The notes below the pieces were generated by a model. It saw only the letters and a program-made list of their open reading frames with translations. It was not told where the DNA came from and ran no database searches. A stretch of 64,000 nucleotides of DNA from Acidimicrobiales bacterium (GTDB taxonomy: Bacteria > Actinomycetota > Acidimicrobiia > Acidimicrobiales > GCA-2861595): NCBI GenBank assembly GCA_036262515.1, contig DATAIT010000031.1, forward strand, positions 8,678-72,677. Direction: 5' to 3'. The translations under genes and the position numbers were made by a program. Positions 16,353-25,794 of this stretch are shown in pieces. How positions within the stretch are numbered: the stretch's first letter is position 1; the number at the start of each line of letters is the position of its first letter.

Positions 16353-17816
16353 ATGAGCCATGAGCCGCGTCGTGCAGGCCGCCGACCCTGGAACCGCCCC
16401 GCCGAGGGCACGGTGACCGCGGGCACAGATCATCGGGACGAGGACGTCGTCCTCGTCAGCGACCTCCACCTGGGACCGGGCGCGCTGCACTGCGTCGAGA
16501 CGTTCTTCCACGACGCCGAGTTCGCCCGCTTCCTCGACTCCTTGGTGCGCCGGGCCCAGCCGGAAGGTCGACGATGGCGGCTGGTCATCCTCGGCGACTT
16601 CCTCGACTTCCTGCGCTGCGAGCTGGTGACCAACCCGGAGGGCGGTCCCCCGACGGAGACGATCGCCATGGCGACCCTGGATCGGATCGTCGCCAACCAC
16701 GACGTCGTCTTCGCCGGGCTGGCCCGCTTCCTCGCCGCCGGATTCCCGGTCGACATCGTGATCGGCAACCACGACGCCGAGCTCGCCCGCCCTGCGCTGC
16801 AGGACCGCGTACGTTCCGTTCTGGCCGCTGCCGGTGCGGGGGGCGCGGCGGACCGGGTGCGCTTCCACCCGTGGATCTACTACCTCCCCGGCGTGGTCTA
16901 CGCGGAGCACGGCAATCAGCACGACGGCTTCAACGCGTTCAGCACGGTGCTGGACCCGTACGCCGAGGGCCCGGGCGGCCCGCTCGAGCGTCCGATCGGG
17001 ACCCATCTGTTCGAGGCCGTCGAACGCCTCCTCTACTCGATCGACCCCTGTCCCGACCATGCCAGCTCGCCGCTCCGCTACTACTGGCTGGCGGCGCGCC
17101 GCCGGCCCGGGTCGGCGGTGGACGCCCTGCGGCGCCAGGCGGCGATCTTCCTCGACCTGTTCCGCCACGCCCGCTCGCTGTCGGGACCGTCGTGGCCCGC
17201 CCGGCGGGCCACCTACCGGGCCGACATGCTGGAGCCGTACGCCAAGGAGATCGGCCTCGACTTCCGGGTGGTCGCCGCCATCGACGAGATGTCGTCGGCG
17301 TCGGAGCCACCGTCCTCGCTGCTGGTGGAAGAGGCGGTCAAGATCAACACCCGCCGCTCGGGTCCGGCGCTGGCGCTGCTGTCACTGGGGTACCTCGCGT
17401 CCAAGAGAGGCGCCACGAGGACGCTCGCCATGGGTGGCTCGGCGGCTGCGGCCATGGCGTTCGTGCGCAAGGGCCTGCCGCTGTCGCCCACCGGTCGACA
17501 CGTCATGTACCTGCAACGGGCGGCCATGCGCATCCACGACCTGCTGACCGAGGAGGAGGCAGGCGTCCCGTGCTACGTGTTCGCCCACACCCACGCCGCC
17601 CAGCACCTTCCGCTCGGGTTCGGACCGGAGGCGCCCCAATACCTCAACACAGGCACTTGGGCCTGCCTGGCTCCTCCGGCGGCCGAGACGCTGCGCACCA
17701 TCAGACCGACCTTCGTGCACATCATGCCGGGACGGGACGGGGTGCCTCCGGCCGCTCGCCTCCTGGCGTGGAACGCAGCCTCGGAGTCAGCGGAGACCCT
17801 GCGGTTCCAGGCGTAG
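16353..17816 (+). CDS. metallophosphoesterase (calcineurin-like)
   Basis: Motif series VLVSDLHLG, LVILGDFLDFL, IVIGNHDAE, YAEHGNQHD, VFAHTHAA. The C-terminal half is unassigned. Confidence 0.85.
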   Translation: MSHEPRRAGRRPWNRPAEGTVTAGTDHRDEDVVLVSDLHLGPGALHCVETFFHDAEFARFLDSLVRRAQPEGRRWRLVILGDFLDFLRCELVTNPEGGPPTETIAMATLDRIVANHDVVFAGLARFLAAGFPVDIVIGNHDAELARPALQDRVRSVLAAAGAGGAADRVRFHPWIYYLPGVVYAEHGNQHDGFNAFSTVLDPYAEGPGGPLERPIGTHLFEAVERLLYSIDPCPDHASSPLRYYWLAARRRPGSAVDALRRQAAIFLDLFRHARSLSGPSWPARRATYRADMLEPYAKEIGLDFRVVAAIDEMSSASEPPSSLLVEEAVKINTRRSGPALALLSLGYLASKRGATRTLAMGGSAAAAMAFVRKGLPLSPTGRHVMYLQRAAMRIHDLLTEEEAGVPCYVFAHTHAAQHLPLGFGPEAPQYLNTGTWACLAPPAAETLRTIRPTFVHIMPGRDGVPPAARLLAWNAASESAETLRFQA

Positions 17817-17927
17817 CCGGTTCCGGCGCGTTGCCCGGCCGATCACGCGTGGCACGGCGTGGGTCCCCCACCGCAGCGCCGCCGGCGGCCACACTGGCTG
17901 TCCAAAACCTACGAGCCAGGAGCACCG

Positions 17928-18410
17928 ATGAACCGCAAGGAGTTGGTCAACGCCGTCGCCGCCCATACCGGCCTCGCGCCCCGTGACGTCGACACGGCAC
18001 TGCGTGGCACGACCGAGGTGATCTCGGCGGTGGCCGCCAAGGGAGAGCAGATCACCATCTCGGGCTTCGCCAAGTTCGCAAGGGTCGACCGGCCGGCCCG
18101 CATGGCGCGCAACCCCGCCACGGGAGCTCCGGTCAAGGTCAAGGCCTCCAAGAAGGCGAAGATCACGCCGCTCAAGGGCTTCAAGGACGCGGTGATGAGT
18201 GCGTCGGCGGCGCCCAAGCTGGCCAAGGGCGTGTGGCCGCCCGCCGCGGCCAAGCCGGCGGCGGCCACCAAGGCCGCACCGGCGACCAAGGCCGCTCCCT
18301 CCAAGAAGGCGGCTGCTCCTGCGAAGAAGGCGGCACCCGTCAGGAAGACCGGCGGACCAGTGAGCCGAACCAGTGGCGCAGCCCGCAAGGCACCGGCCAG
18401 GACGGCGTAG
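17928..18410 (+). CDS. hup: HU family nucleoid protein with a Lys/Ala/Pro-rich C-terminal tail
   Basis: ATG 17928 follows AGGAG (17918-17922). HU core: MNRKELVNAVA...ISGFAKFARVDRPARMARNPATGAPVKVKASKKAKITPLKGFKDAV. The tail AAKPAAATKAAPATKAAPSKKAAAPAKKAAP resembles actinobacterial HupB/Hlp. Confidence 0.9.
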   Translation: MNRKELVNAVAAHTGLAPRDVDTALRGTTEVISAVAAKGEQITISGFAKFARVDRPARMARNPATGAPVKVKASKKAKITPLKGFKDAVMSASAAPKLAKGVWPPAAAKPAAATKAAPATKAAPSKKAAAPAKKAAPVRKTGGPVSRTSGAARKAPARTA

Positions 18411-18433
18411 GCCGTCGCCCCTCGGGGGCAGCG

Positions 18434-20779
18434 TCAGGCCGTGCGGGCGTGCTGGGCCAGGACCTTCCCCGCCCGCACCGGAGCGCTCCAGCCGTCCGGG
18501 CCATCGCGGCCGGCGGCGCACGGGCGGCCGAGCAGGTAGCCCTGGGCAGCGTCACATCCGAGGCGGCGCAGCTCGTCGAACTGCTCGGCCGTCTCGACGC
18601 CCTCGCCGACCACCTCGAGCCCGAGGGCGTGGGCCAGGCTGACGACGGCATGGACGATGGCGTGGTCCTCGGCATCGACAGCCAGGCCGTCCACGAACGT
18701 CCGGTCGATCTTGAGCGAGTCGACGGGGAAGCGCTTCAGGTAGCTGAGCGACGAATACCCGGTCCCGAAGTCGTCGATCGAGAGGCTCACGCCCAGCTGC
18801 TTCAACGCTCTAAGCGTCTCGGCTGTCGCCTCCACCTCCTCCATGAGCACGCTCTCGGTGATCTCCAGCGCCAGCGACGACGGCGAGATCCCGGCCCGCT
18901 CCAGGGCCTCGGCCACGTTCGACACGATCCCGGGATCGGTGAACTGCCGGGCCGACAGGTTCACCGCGACCTGGAGATCGTGCAGGTCCGGGTTGGCGGC
19001 CTGCCACCGCCCGAGCTGGGCGCACGCCTCGGCCAGCACCCACCGGCCGATGGGGAGGATGAGGTCCGTCTCCTCGGCCACGGAGATGAACCCGTCGGGC
19101 TGGACGAGCCCGCGATCCGGGTGCTGCCAGCGCACCAGGGCCTCGACACCCAGGAGGCGGCCGTCGCCGCAGCGGATGATGGGTTGGTAGTGCAGGATCA
19201 GCTCGTCCTGCTTCAGCGCCCGGCGCAGCGCATGCTCGATCTCGAGTCGCTCGAGGAGGCGCTCGCGCACGGCGCTGTCGAAGGCCTCGATGCGGGCCCG
19301 GCCTCGTTGCTTGGCCCGGTACATGGCGACGTCGGCATCGCGGAGCACTTCCTCCGGGTGGGCGTTGCCGGAGACGTGGGCGACGCCGATGCTGGCGGTG
19401 ATCACGGCGTCCCGGCCATAGAGCGACAAGGGCGCCTCGATGGTGCGGGCGGCGCGTTCTGCGATCTGGAGCAGCTCCTCGCCGTCGACCTGGTCGCACA
19501 CGACGACGAACTCGTCCCCCGCCAGACGGCCCACCGTGTCGTCGGGGCGGACGGCCGCCTGCAGGCGCTCGCCGATGCGTATGAGCACTTCGTCCCCCAC
19601 GGAGTGGCCCAGCGTGTCGTTGACGACCTTGAAGCGGTCCAGGTCGACGAAGAGGACGCCGACCTGCCGGGGCGGCCGGTGGCGGCGGGCGAGGGCCTGA
19701 CCGAGCCGTTCCAGCACGAGGGCCCGGTTGGGAAGACCGGTGAGGGTGTCGTGGTGCGCCTGGTGCACTGCGTCGGCGAACGCCTTGCGCATGGCCTCGA
19801 CGGCGCTGGCGTCGTTGAGGGCAAGGGACGCGTGCTCGGCGAAGGCCAGGAGCATCTCCTGCTCCGTGGAGTCGTAGCGCCGGTCGGCGTCGTGCGAAGC
19901 GACGACGAGGCTCCCGATCGGGTTGCCGTCCTGGAACACCGGCGCGCCCATGGCCGTCTTGAGGCCGTCCGTCACGAGCGGCTCCAGCGGGTGCCCGAGC
20001 CCTGCGTAGTCGTGGGTCACGACGAGTCGACCTTCCTTCACCACCAACCCGCCGACGCCCTCGTCGATGGCGCTGCGGTCGAGGGATCGGGCAAGCTCGT
20101 CCTCCATCCCCCGGGAGGACACCATGACGAGCATCAACGGGTCCTCGGGATCGAGCAGGCGGAGGCCGACGACGTCGTCGCCGAGCAGCTGGGCGGCGCC
20201 GTCGGTGATGGCATCCAGAACGTCGGCGATGGGCGCCCGGTGCGAGATCGATTGCTGGATGCGGAAGAGCCGTTCGAGCAGGTTCTGGCGCTCCTGGAGC
20301 GACGCCAGGAGGCCGGCGTTCTCCTCGGCCTGGCGCTCGCTCTCCTCGCGCGACGCCCGTTCCGCCTCGAGCGTCCGCAGCATGCGCAGCGTCAGGCTGA
20401 GGACCCTGGCCATGGCCCCGATGAGCGAGGCCTCCTGATGGGAGAAGTCGTCACCGGATCGCGCCAGCACCAGGAACGAGGACCGCTCCTCCTCCAACTC
20501 GATCGAGACGGCCCGGCACGACCCCACGCCGGGGACGTCCAGTGCGTGGAGCTCACCCGTGGTCAGCCGGCAGAGATCGCCCTCCGGCACGCGCCCGCGC
20601 GGAAAGCCGACCGACGACACCACCCGGCCGCTGCGGACCAGGGCTCCGATCTCGGCCTCGACCGCCTCCGCCATGCGTTCGACGCCGCCGGCGATCGCAG
20701 CAGCCTCGTCGGGGAACGACGAAACGGCCGCCAGGAACTCGGCCAGCTGCTGGCCGGACCAGTCGCCGTTCGGCTCCAC
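18434..20779 (-). CDS. GAF-GAF-GGDEF-EAL c-di-GMP signalling protein (GGDEF site degenerate: AGDEF)
   Basis: Start proposed at GTG 20779, 4 nt after the FIST stop; other starts are possible. GGDEF domain LTGLPNR...RPDDTVGRLAGDEFVVV. EAL domain QPII...GVEALVRW...EITES...SIDDFGTGYSSLSYL...LKIDRTFV...EGVET...QGYL. Confidence 0.9.
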   Translation of the reverse strand: MEPNGDWSGQQLAEFLAAVSSFPDEAAAIAGGVERMAEAVEAEIGALVRSGRVVSSVGFPRGRVPEGDLCRLTTGELHALDVPGVGSCRAVSIELEEERSSFLVLARSGDDFSHQEASLIGAMARVLSLTLRMLRTLEAERASREESERQAEENAGLLASLQERQNLLERLFRIQQSISHRAPIADVLDAITDGAAQLLGDDVVGLRLLDPEDPLMLVMVSSRGMEDELARSLDRSAIDEGVGGLVVKEGRLVVTHDYAGLGHPLEPLVTDGLKTAMGAPVFQDGNPIGSLVVASHDADRRYDSTEQEMLLAFAEHASLALNDASAVEAMRKAFADAVHQAHHDTLTGLPNRALVLERLGQALARRHRPPRQVGVLFVDLDRFKVVNDTLGHSVGDEVLIRIGERLQAAVRPDDTVGRLAGDEFVVVCDQVDGEELLQIAERAARTIEAPLSLYGRDAVITASIGVAHVSGNAHPEEVLRDADVAMYRAKQRGRARIEAFDSAVRERLLERLEIEHALRRALKQDELILHYQPIIRCGDGRLLGVEALVRWQHPDRGLVQPDGFISVAEETDLILPIGRWVLAEACAQLGRWQAANPDLHDLQVAVNLSARQFTDPGIVSNVAEALERAGISPSSLALEITESVLMEEVEATAETLRALKQLGVSLSIDDFGTGYSSLSYLKRFPVDSLKIDRTFVDGLAVDAEDHAIVHAVVSLAHALGLEVVGEGVETAEQFDELRRLGCDAAQGYLLGRPCAAGRDGPDGWSAPVRAGKVLAQHARTA

Positions 20780-20783
20780 CGGC

Positions 20784-21977
20784 CTACGCCAGCGCCAGCA
20801 CGACGAGCGTCTGGTTGTGGAAGCCGCTGATCCCGCGCGTGCGGGCGATCTCGCCGTACGTGTAGAAGCCGGCCACCGGCGCACCGCCGGCGTAGCCCGA
20901 GATCTGCTCGATCTCCCGCTCGATGCCGGCGTCGCCGAGCACGCCGCGGCGCGCGATGCAGTCGAACGCCAGGAGCCCGAGGGGCGGGCGCTCGCCAAGG
21001 CCTTCGAGAGCGGCACGGCAGGCATCGTCGGTCGCGGCCAGCACCGAGTCGTCGTCGCCCTCCATGATCCACGCCTGACCGCCGGCCGGGACCTGGGCGA
21101 TGCACGTGAGCGAGCGAGCTTCGAAGTCGGCTCCGCCGACGAAGCGCACCTCCTCACCACTCCTCCGGCTCAACCCGAGCGGATGGGTCAGGGCGAAGCG
21201 GGTGAAGGCGGCAGGGTCCGTCCGGGCGTCGTCCGGTGCGCCGAGCCGCTCGAGGTAGACGTCGAGAGCCGGGCAGCCGTCGAGCTCGTGCACGATGGTG
21301 CCCTGGCTGGCCGTCACCAGCATCGGATCCCCCACCCGCCGCCAACCGTGGCGAACCCCGATCCCGATGGGAGCGTCGGACGCGATGGCGGCGGCGACCA
21401 CGGCGTTGTCGAGCACGTCGGTCCCGTGGAGCTGGAACGTCGCCTTCATCTTCAGCCCGTCGCCGGCACAGCCGCCGACGAGCGGCACCTCGGCGCCGAC
21501 GGCCTGGTAGGCGCCGCGAACGACCTCCTGCTGGTCCCCGGCCAACCCGTCGGCCAGGAGGAGCAGCACCCGGTGCGACGAGGGCGCCGTCTTCTCGACG
21601 CAGGCGGCAGCGGCTGCGCTGGCGTCCCGCAGGCTCGTCCCCTCGGCACGGGCGGCGGCGGTGGCGACGGTGAAGCCCGGGCCGCCGAGCACCATGGCCA
21701 CCACGCCCGCGTCACCTGGGCCGCTGGCCGAGATCTCGCCGGCGGTGGAGCAGCCCACGAGCGGCACGCCGGGTGCGACGTCGGCGATCCCGCCGAGCAA
21801 CGCGCCGAGGTCGTAGCGGTCCGAGGTGAAGACGATCACCAGACGCGCGTCGTCGCCCTGCATCGCCTCACGGGCGGCGTTCGCACCGGCCGAGCGCGAG
21901 TCGTCGTCGTCGCTGCGGCCGACGCCCAGCCAGCGTGCTCGGATGTCCACCTCGGGGTGCTCTTGAAGCCAGGTCAT
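20784..21977 (-). CDS. FIST domain signal-transduction protein
   Basis: Starts at the MTWLQEHPEV ATG at 21977 within ORF 20784-22343. FIST_N/FIST_C-type blocks: LVIVFTSDRYDLGALLGG, PLVGCSTAGEI, VPLVGGCAGDG, FDCIARRGVLG, APVAGFYTYGEI. Confidence 0.85.
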   Translation of the reverse strand: MTWLQEHPEVDIRARWLGVGRSDDDDSRSAGANAAREAMQGDDARLVIVFTSDRYDLGALLGGIADVAPGVPLVGCSTAGEISASGPGDAGVVAMVLGGPGFTVATAAARAEGTSLRDASAAAAACVEKTAPSSHRVLLLLADGLAGDQQEVVRGAYQAVGAEVPLVGGCAGDGLKMKATFQLHGTDVLDNAVVAAAIASDAPIGIGVRHGWRRVGDPMLVTASQGTIVHELDGCPALDVYLERLGAPDDARTDPAAFTRFALTHPLGLSRRSGEEVRFVGGADFEARSLTCIAQVPAGGQAWIMEGDDDSVLAATDDACRAALEGLGERPPLGLLAFDCIARRGVLGDAGIEREIEQISGYAGGAPVAGFYTYGEIARTRGISGFHNQTLVVLALA

Positions 21978-22110
21978 GCCTCTCCATCGACAGCCGGCGG
22001 CTGACCACAACGTGGGCCAGGCGATTTCATCGTCCTCCGGTCCACCCCGGTTGAGCCGATCCGACACTATGCCCCCTTTCGCGGTTTTCGATCCTCGGGG
22101 GACGAGGGCG

Positions 22111-23031
22111 CTACCCGAGCTCCAGCCGCAGCCCCGCCTGCGGCGCAGAGGCCGGGGGGCCGATGGCGGCCGTGACTGCCCGTGCCATCCCCCGCATGCC
22201 GGTGGCACTCGGGTGCACGGGTGCGGCCGCAGCCAGCGGCACCACCGGCTCGATCCACCGCAGGAGCGGCAGGGCGCACGCATCGTGGCCGATGCTGGGG
22301 GTGTAGGTGTCCACGTATGCCGCTCCGGCCGCCGCCGCCTCACCTGCGAGCATGCCGTTCAGCTCCCGCTGCTTGGCCCGGAGGTAGGGGACGTCGGCCG
22401 GGGCGAACGGCATCACCGGCCAGCACCCGGGTCCCTGCTCGGGAAGGATGGCCGGATAGCCCACCAGGTGGATCCGCGCCGTCGGCGCCCGGCGGCGGAT
22501 CTCCTCGAGCACCACCGCCACCTTGGGACCAGTCGCGCGGATCCGGCGGCTGACCTCGTCGCCGGCCGGCCCCACGAACCGGTCCTGGCACGGCTGGCCG
22601 ACCGGCGCCACGGCGACGCAGGCCTGGACGATCTTCGCGAAACCGATGTCGTTGCCGCCGATGCCGACGGTGACGACGTCGGCGGTGTCGTCCAGCGCCG
22701 CCAGCTGGGGGACGTTGGGCCCGCCTGGAACCGGCTGCGGGGCCCACAGATCCTCCGTCGTGGCACCGCCACAGCTCACGTCGCGGAGCACCAGGCCCAG
22801 GGCGGCCGCGGTGATGGCCGGGTAGTCGTGGTCGGAGCGGCCGCACCCGGCGGGGTCGGCCGAACGCGCCGGGATGCCCGGGCCGGCGGTGTAGGAATCG
22901 CCGAGTGCCACGTACCGGACGTCGTCCCCGGCGCGCGCTGCCAGCCCGGCACCGCCCAGGACGAAGGCGGCGGCGACTGCCGCCACCGCTCCGCCCCGCC
23001 ACCACCGTCCCGCCCACCCCGTCGCGGTCAC
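22111..23031 (-). CDS. secreted SGNH/GDSL hydrolase
   Basis: GTG 23031 sits 6 nt after AAGGAGG. Signal/anchor AVAAVAAAFVLGGAGLAA. Block I YVALGDSYTAG, block III VGIGGNDIG, C-terminal DAC...VHPS block. Confidence 0.85.
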   Translation of the reverse strand: MTATGWAGRWWRGGAVAAVAAAFVLGGAGLAARAGDDVRYVALGDSYTAGPGIPARSADPAGCGRSDHDYPAITAAALGLVLRDVSCGGATTEDLWAPQPVPGGPNVPQLAALDDTADVVTVGIGGNDIGFAKIVQACVAVAPVGQPCQDRFVGPAGDEVSRRIRATGPKVAVVLEEIRRRAPTARIHLVGYPAILPEQGPGCWPVMPFAPADVPYLRAKQRELNGMLAGEAAAAGAAYVDTYTPSIGHDACALPLLRWIEPVVPLAAAAPVHPSATGMRGMARAVTAAIGPPASAPQAGLRLELG

Positions 23032-23162
23032 GTCGCACCTCCTTGGGTTCCGTCCTTCGTCGCAGAGTCTGCGCCAGCTCCGCCCCGCCGCGGGCTGCGC
23101 CCGACCCTTGCGCTCCGGGTGCAATGGCGGCGCCCTCGCGCCGCGGGTGCCGATGCTCGGCG

Positions 23163-24038
23163 CTACGCCTCCGGCGCGGCGGTGGCGCCGACCTCGGTGC
23201 GCCATCCCGGCTCGCCGTCCGTGGCGAAGCGGAGCACCCGCTGCGGGAACGGGATCTCGATCCCGGCCTCGCCGAGGGCCCGCTTGACGGCGAGGGCCAC
23301 GTCGGTGCGGACGCGCCACAGCGTGTCGCTGTCGGGTGCGTGCCAGTACCGGACGGCCATCGTCACGCCCGACTCCCCGAACTCCTGCACGTGGACCTGG
23401 GGCGCCGGCCTGGCCAGCACGCCCTCGGTCGTGCGTACGGCGTCGCCCACCGCCTCCAGAGCCTTTTCGAGGTCAGCGGCGTAGCTGACGTCGACCGCCA
23501 GCGTCGTCCGTCGCCGACCGTGCGCCGTGTGGTTGGTGATCGGGTTGCTCAGCACCTGGGCACACGGGACCATCACCCGCTCGCCGTCGTAGGTGCGCAG
23601 CACCACGGTCCTGAAGTTGACGTGCTCGAGGATGCCCTCCCCGCCGCAGACGGCGACCTGGTCGCCACGGCGGAAGGGCCTGCGCAGCTGGAGGATGAGG
23701 CTCGACAGCACGTTGGCGAGGATGCTCTGGCTGGCGAAGGCGATGGCCAGACCGCCGATGCCCAGAGCGCCGACCAGCGGCCCCAGGCGCAGGCCGATGA
23801 CCCCCAGGGCGTACACCATGGCGACGGTCATCAGCACCGCCCCGACGAACCGCCCGACCGCTTCGGCCGCTGCATCGTCGTCCTCGGGGTGCCCGGCGGC
23901 CCGCTCGACGACCCTGCGCACCACGGCACCCAGCACACCGCCGACGACGACGATGACTCCGGCCACGATCCAGTCGCGCGCCGTGAGGGATCGGCTGACT
24001 ATCGCGTCGTTCGACGCGGCGGCCACGAGCGAGCGCAC
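23163..24038 (-). CDS. mechanosensitive ion channel (MscS family)
   Basis: TM helices followed by the MscS signature GIGGLAIAFASQSILANVLSSLILQLRRPFRRGDQV and a beta-domain VLRTYDGERVMVPCAQV. Confidence 0.9.
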   Translation of the reverse strand: MRSLVAAASNDAIVSRSLTARDWIVAGVIVVVGGVLGAVVRRVVERAAGHPEDDDAAAEAVGRFVGAVLMTVAMVYALGVIGLRLGPLVGALGIGGLAIAFASQSILANVLSSLILQLRRPFRRGDQVAVCGGEGILEHVNFRTVVLRTYDGERVMVPCAQVLSNPITNHTAHGRRRTTLAVDVSYAADLEKALEAVGDAVRTTEGVLARPAPQVHVQEFGESGVTMAVRYWHAPDSDTLWRVRTDVALAVKRALGEAGIEIPFPQRVLRFATDGEPGWRTEVGATAAPEA

Positions 24039-24149
24039 CCGGATCTCCTACCCCCGGCACCGGCCTCGCATGCCCGGCCCCACATCCGGCGCCGCCGTGG
24101 GCGGCTGGCGGCATACGGCGAGGGGGGCCGCGCCGTAGGACCTGGCGCC

Positions 24150-24767
24150 ATGAGACGGGTGCGCGCCGCTGCCGCCGGCCCTGCCGCCGTCGTCCTGCTG
24201 TGGTCGACGCTGCCGGCGGCGTCGATCCACTCGGGGTTCCCGTTGCTCGGGCCACGCCCGCTCAGCTGGCTGGCCGCCGACCCGGCATCGGCAGCCCTCT
24301 TTCAGGCCGGGTTGGCCGGCGCGGGTCTGCTCCTCGTGGTCTTTCACGGCCATGTGCGCGCTCGGTATCCAGTCGGCCCCTGGTTCAGCGTCGCCATGCT
24401 GACCGGCCTGGCCGGGCAGATGGTCGCCGCCGTCGTTCCGATCTCCGGCGCCGACCTCGCCCACCACGTCCACACCGTCGCCGCGCTCACTCTCGGCGCG
24501 TCCCTGCCGGTCCTGATGTGGCTCTTCGCCGATGCCCAGCCGGCCGGCGCGTGGCGGCGGCGAGCCCGCCACCTGGCGTGGGCCGAGGTCATCGCATCCA
24601 TCGCCGGGCTCGTCCTCTCCCGCCGGTCGGTCGCCGCCCTGGCGGAGGTCCTGCCTGCGGCGGTCTTCCACGTCTGGGTCGTCGTCACCGCGGTCTCGGC
24701 GGGGCCGGGCCCCCGGAAACCGCGGCTGGTCACCGGCAGGGAACACACTGTACCGGTCCGGTGTTGA
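24150..24767 (+). CDS. hypothetical integral membrane protein
   Basis: Starts at the MRRVRAAAAG ATG at 24150 in the frame of ORF 22905-24767. Several hydrophobic helices (AVVLLWSTLPAA, LAGAGLLLVVF, FSVAMLTGLAGQMVAAVV, VAALTLGASLPVLMWLF, VIASIAGLVL, AAVFHVWVVVTAV). No family recognised. Confidence 0.5.
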   Translation: MRRVRAAAAGPAAVVLLWSTLPAASIHSGFPLLGPRPLSWLAADPASAALFQAGLAGAGLLLVVFHGHVRARYPVGPWFSVAMLTGLAGQMVAAVVPISGADLAHHVHTVAALTLGASLPVLMWLFADAQPAGAWRRRARHLAWAEVIASIAGLVLSRRSVAALAEVLPAAVFHVWVVVTAVSAGPGPRKPRLVTGREHTVPVRC

Positions 24768-24803
24768 GCTGCTTGCACTTGCAACTACTTGGAGGCAACC
24801 ACG

Positions 24804-25757
24804 ATGCCCGCCGTCACCGCTGACACGCTCACCCTCCCCAGGATCGACGCGCCGTCGCCGGCCGCCGTCGACCGCCCGGTGCGCTCGGTCACCACGGCGC
24901 CCGCCGGGTTCGAAGGGGAGGGATTCCCGGTCCGGCGGGCCTTCGCCGGGGTCGACCGTCGCGAGCTCGACCCGTTCATCCACATGGACCAGATGGGCGA
25001 GGTGAACTACGCGCCGGGCGAGCCCCGCGGCACCGACTGGCACCCGCACCGCGGCTTCGAGACCGTCACGTACATGATCGACGGGACGTTCCGGCACCAG
25101 GACTCGCACGGGGGCGGCGGCGTCATCCGGAACGGGGCCACCCAGTGGATGACGGCCGGCGGCGGCATCCTGCACATCGAGACGCCGCCGGAGGAGCTCG
25201 TGGTCAGCGGGGGCACCTTCCACGGGGTGCAGCTGTGGGTGAACCTCCCGGCCAAGGACAAGATGGTGGCGCCCCGCTACCAGAGCCTCGAGGGCGACGA
25301 GGTCAGCCTGCTCTCGTCCCCCGACGGCGGCGCACTGGTCCGCCTGATCGCCGGCGATCTCGCCGGCCACCGCGGCCCCGGGTCGACCTACACCCCGATA
25401 ACGGTCGCCCACGCGACCCTGTCGCCCGGTGCGGAGCTGGTGGCGCCATGGCCATCCGAATTCAACGCCGTGGCCTACGTCCTCTCCGGAACCGGGACGG
25501 TGGGGGCCGAGGGCCGGCCCGTCGTGTCCGGGCAGCTGACCGTGTTCGGGCCCGGCGACTCGCTCACGTTGACGGGCGGCCGATCGCAGCCGTTGGACGT
25601 CCTGCTGCTCGGCGGCCTGCCGATCCGGGAGCCCATCGCTGCGTACGGGCCTTTCGTGATGAACACCCACTCCGAGCTCGTCCAGGCGGTGGAGGACTTC
25701 CAGGCGGGGAGGCTGGGCACCGTCCCCGCCGACGGTCTCCGGCCGTACCGCCCGTAG
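24804..25757 (+). CDS. pirin family protein
   Basis: ATG 24804 sits 8 nt after GGAGG (24791-24795). Cupin metal motif DWHPHRGFETVTYMIDG...HIE, and C-terminal cupin FVMNTHSELVQAVEDFQAGRLG. Confidence 0.9.
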   Translation: MPAVTADTLTLPRIDAPSPAAVDRPVRSVTTAPAGFEGEGFPVRRAFAGVDRRELDPFIHMDQMGEVNYAPGEPRGTDWHPHRGFETVTYMIDGTFRHQDSHGGGGVIRNGATQWMTAGGGILHIETPPEELVVSGGTFHGVQLWVNLPAKDKMVAPRYQSLEGDEVSLLSSPDGGALVRLIAGDLAGHRGPGSTYTPITVAHATLSPGAELVAPWPSEFNAVAYVLSGTGTVGAEGRPVVSGQLTVFGPGDSLTLTGGRSQPLDVLLLGGLPIREPIAAYGPFVMNTHSELVQAVEDFQAGRLGTVPADGLRPYRP

Positions 25758-25794
25758 CAGCGCTCCGCACCGACACAGGCCTCAGCTCCGACCC

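Noticed and set aside
13251-17168. 1305-aa ORF extending the GH2 gene upstream to 17168
   Set aside because: The part upstream of ATG 16052 is antisense to the metallophosphoesterase gene and is Arg/Gly-rich. GH2 homology begins at MGSLVFDEHG.
18411-18433. Terminator hairpin between HU and the convergent GGDEF-EAL gene
   Set aside because: Only a 5-bp GCCCC/GGGGC stem with a 3-nt loop in a 23-nt gap. Too weak to call.
18233-20830. 865-aa plus-strand ORF opposite the GAF-GGDEF-EAL gene
   Set aside because: Antisense artefact. The minus strand carries complete GGDEF and EAL motif series.
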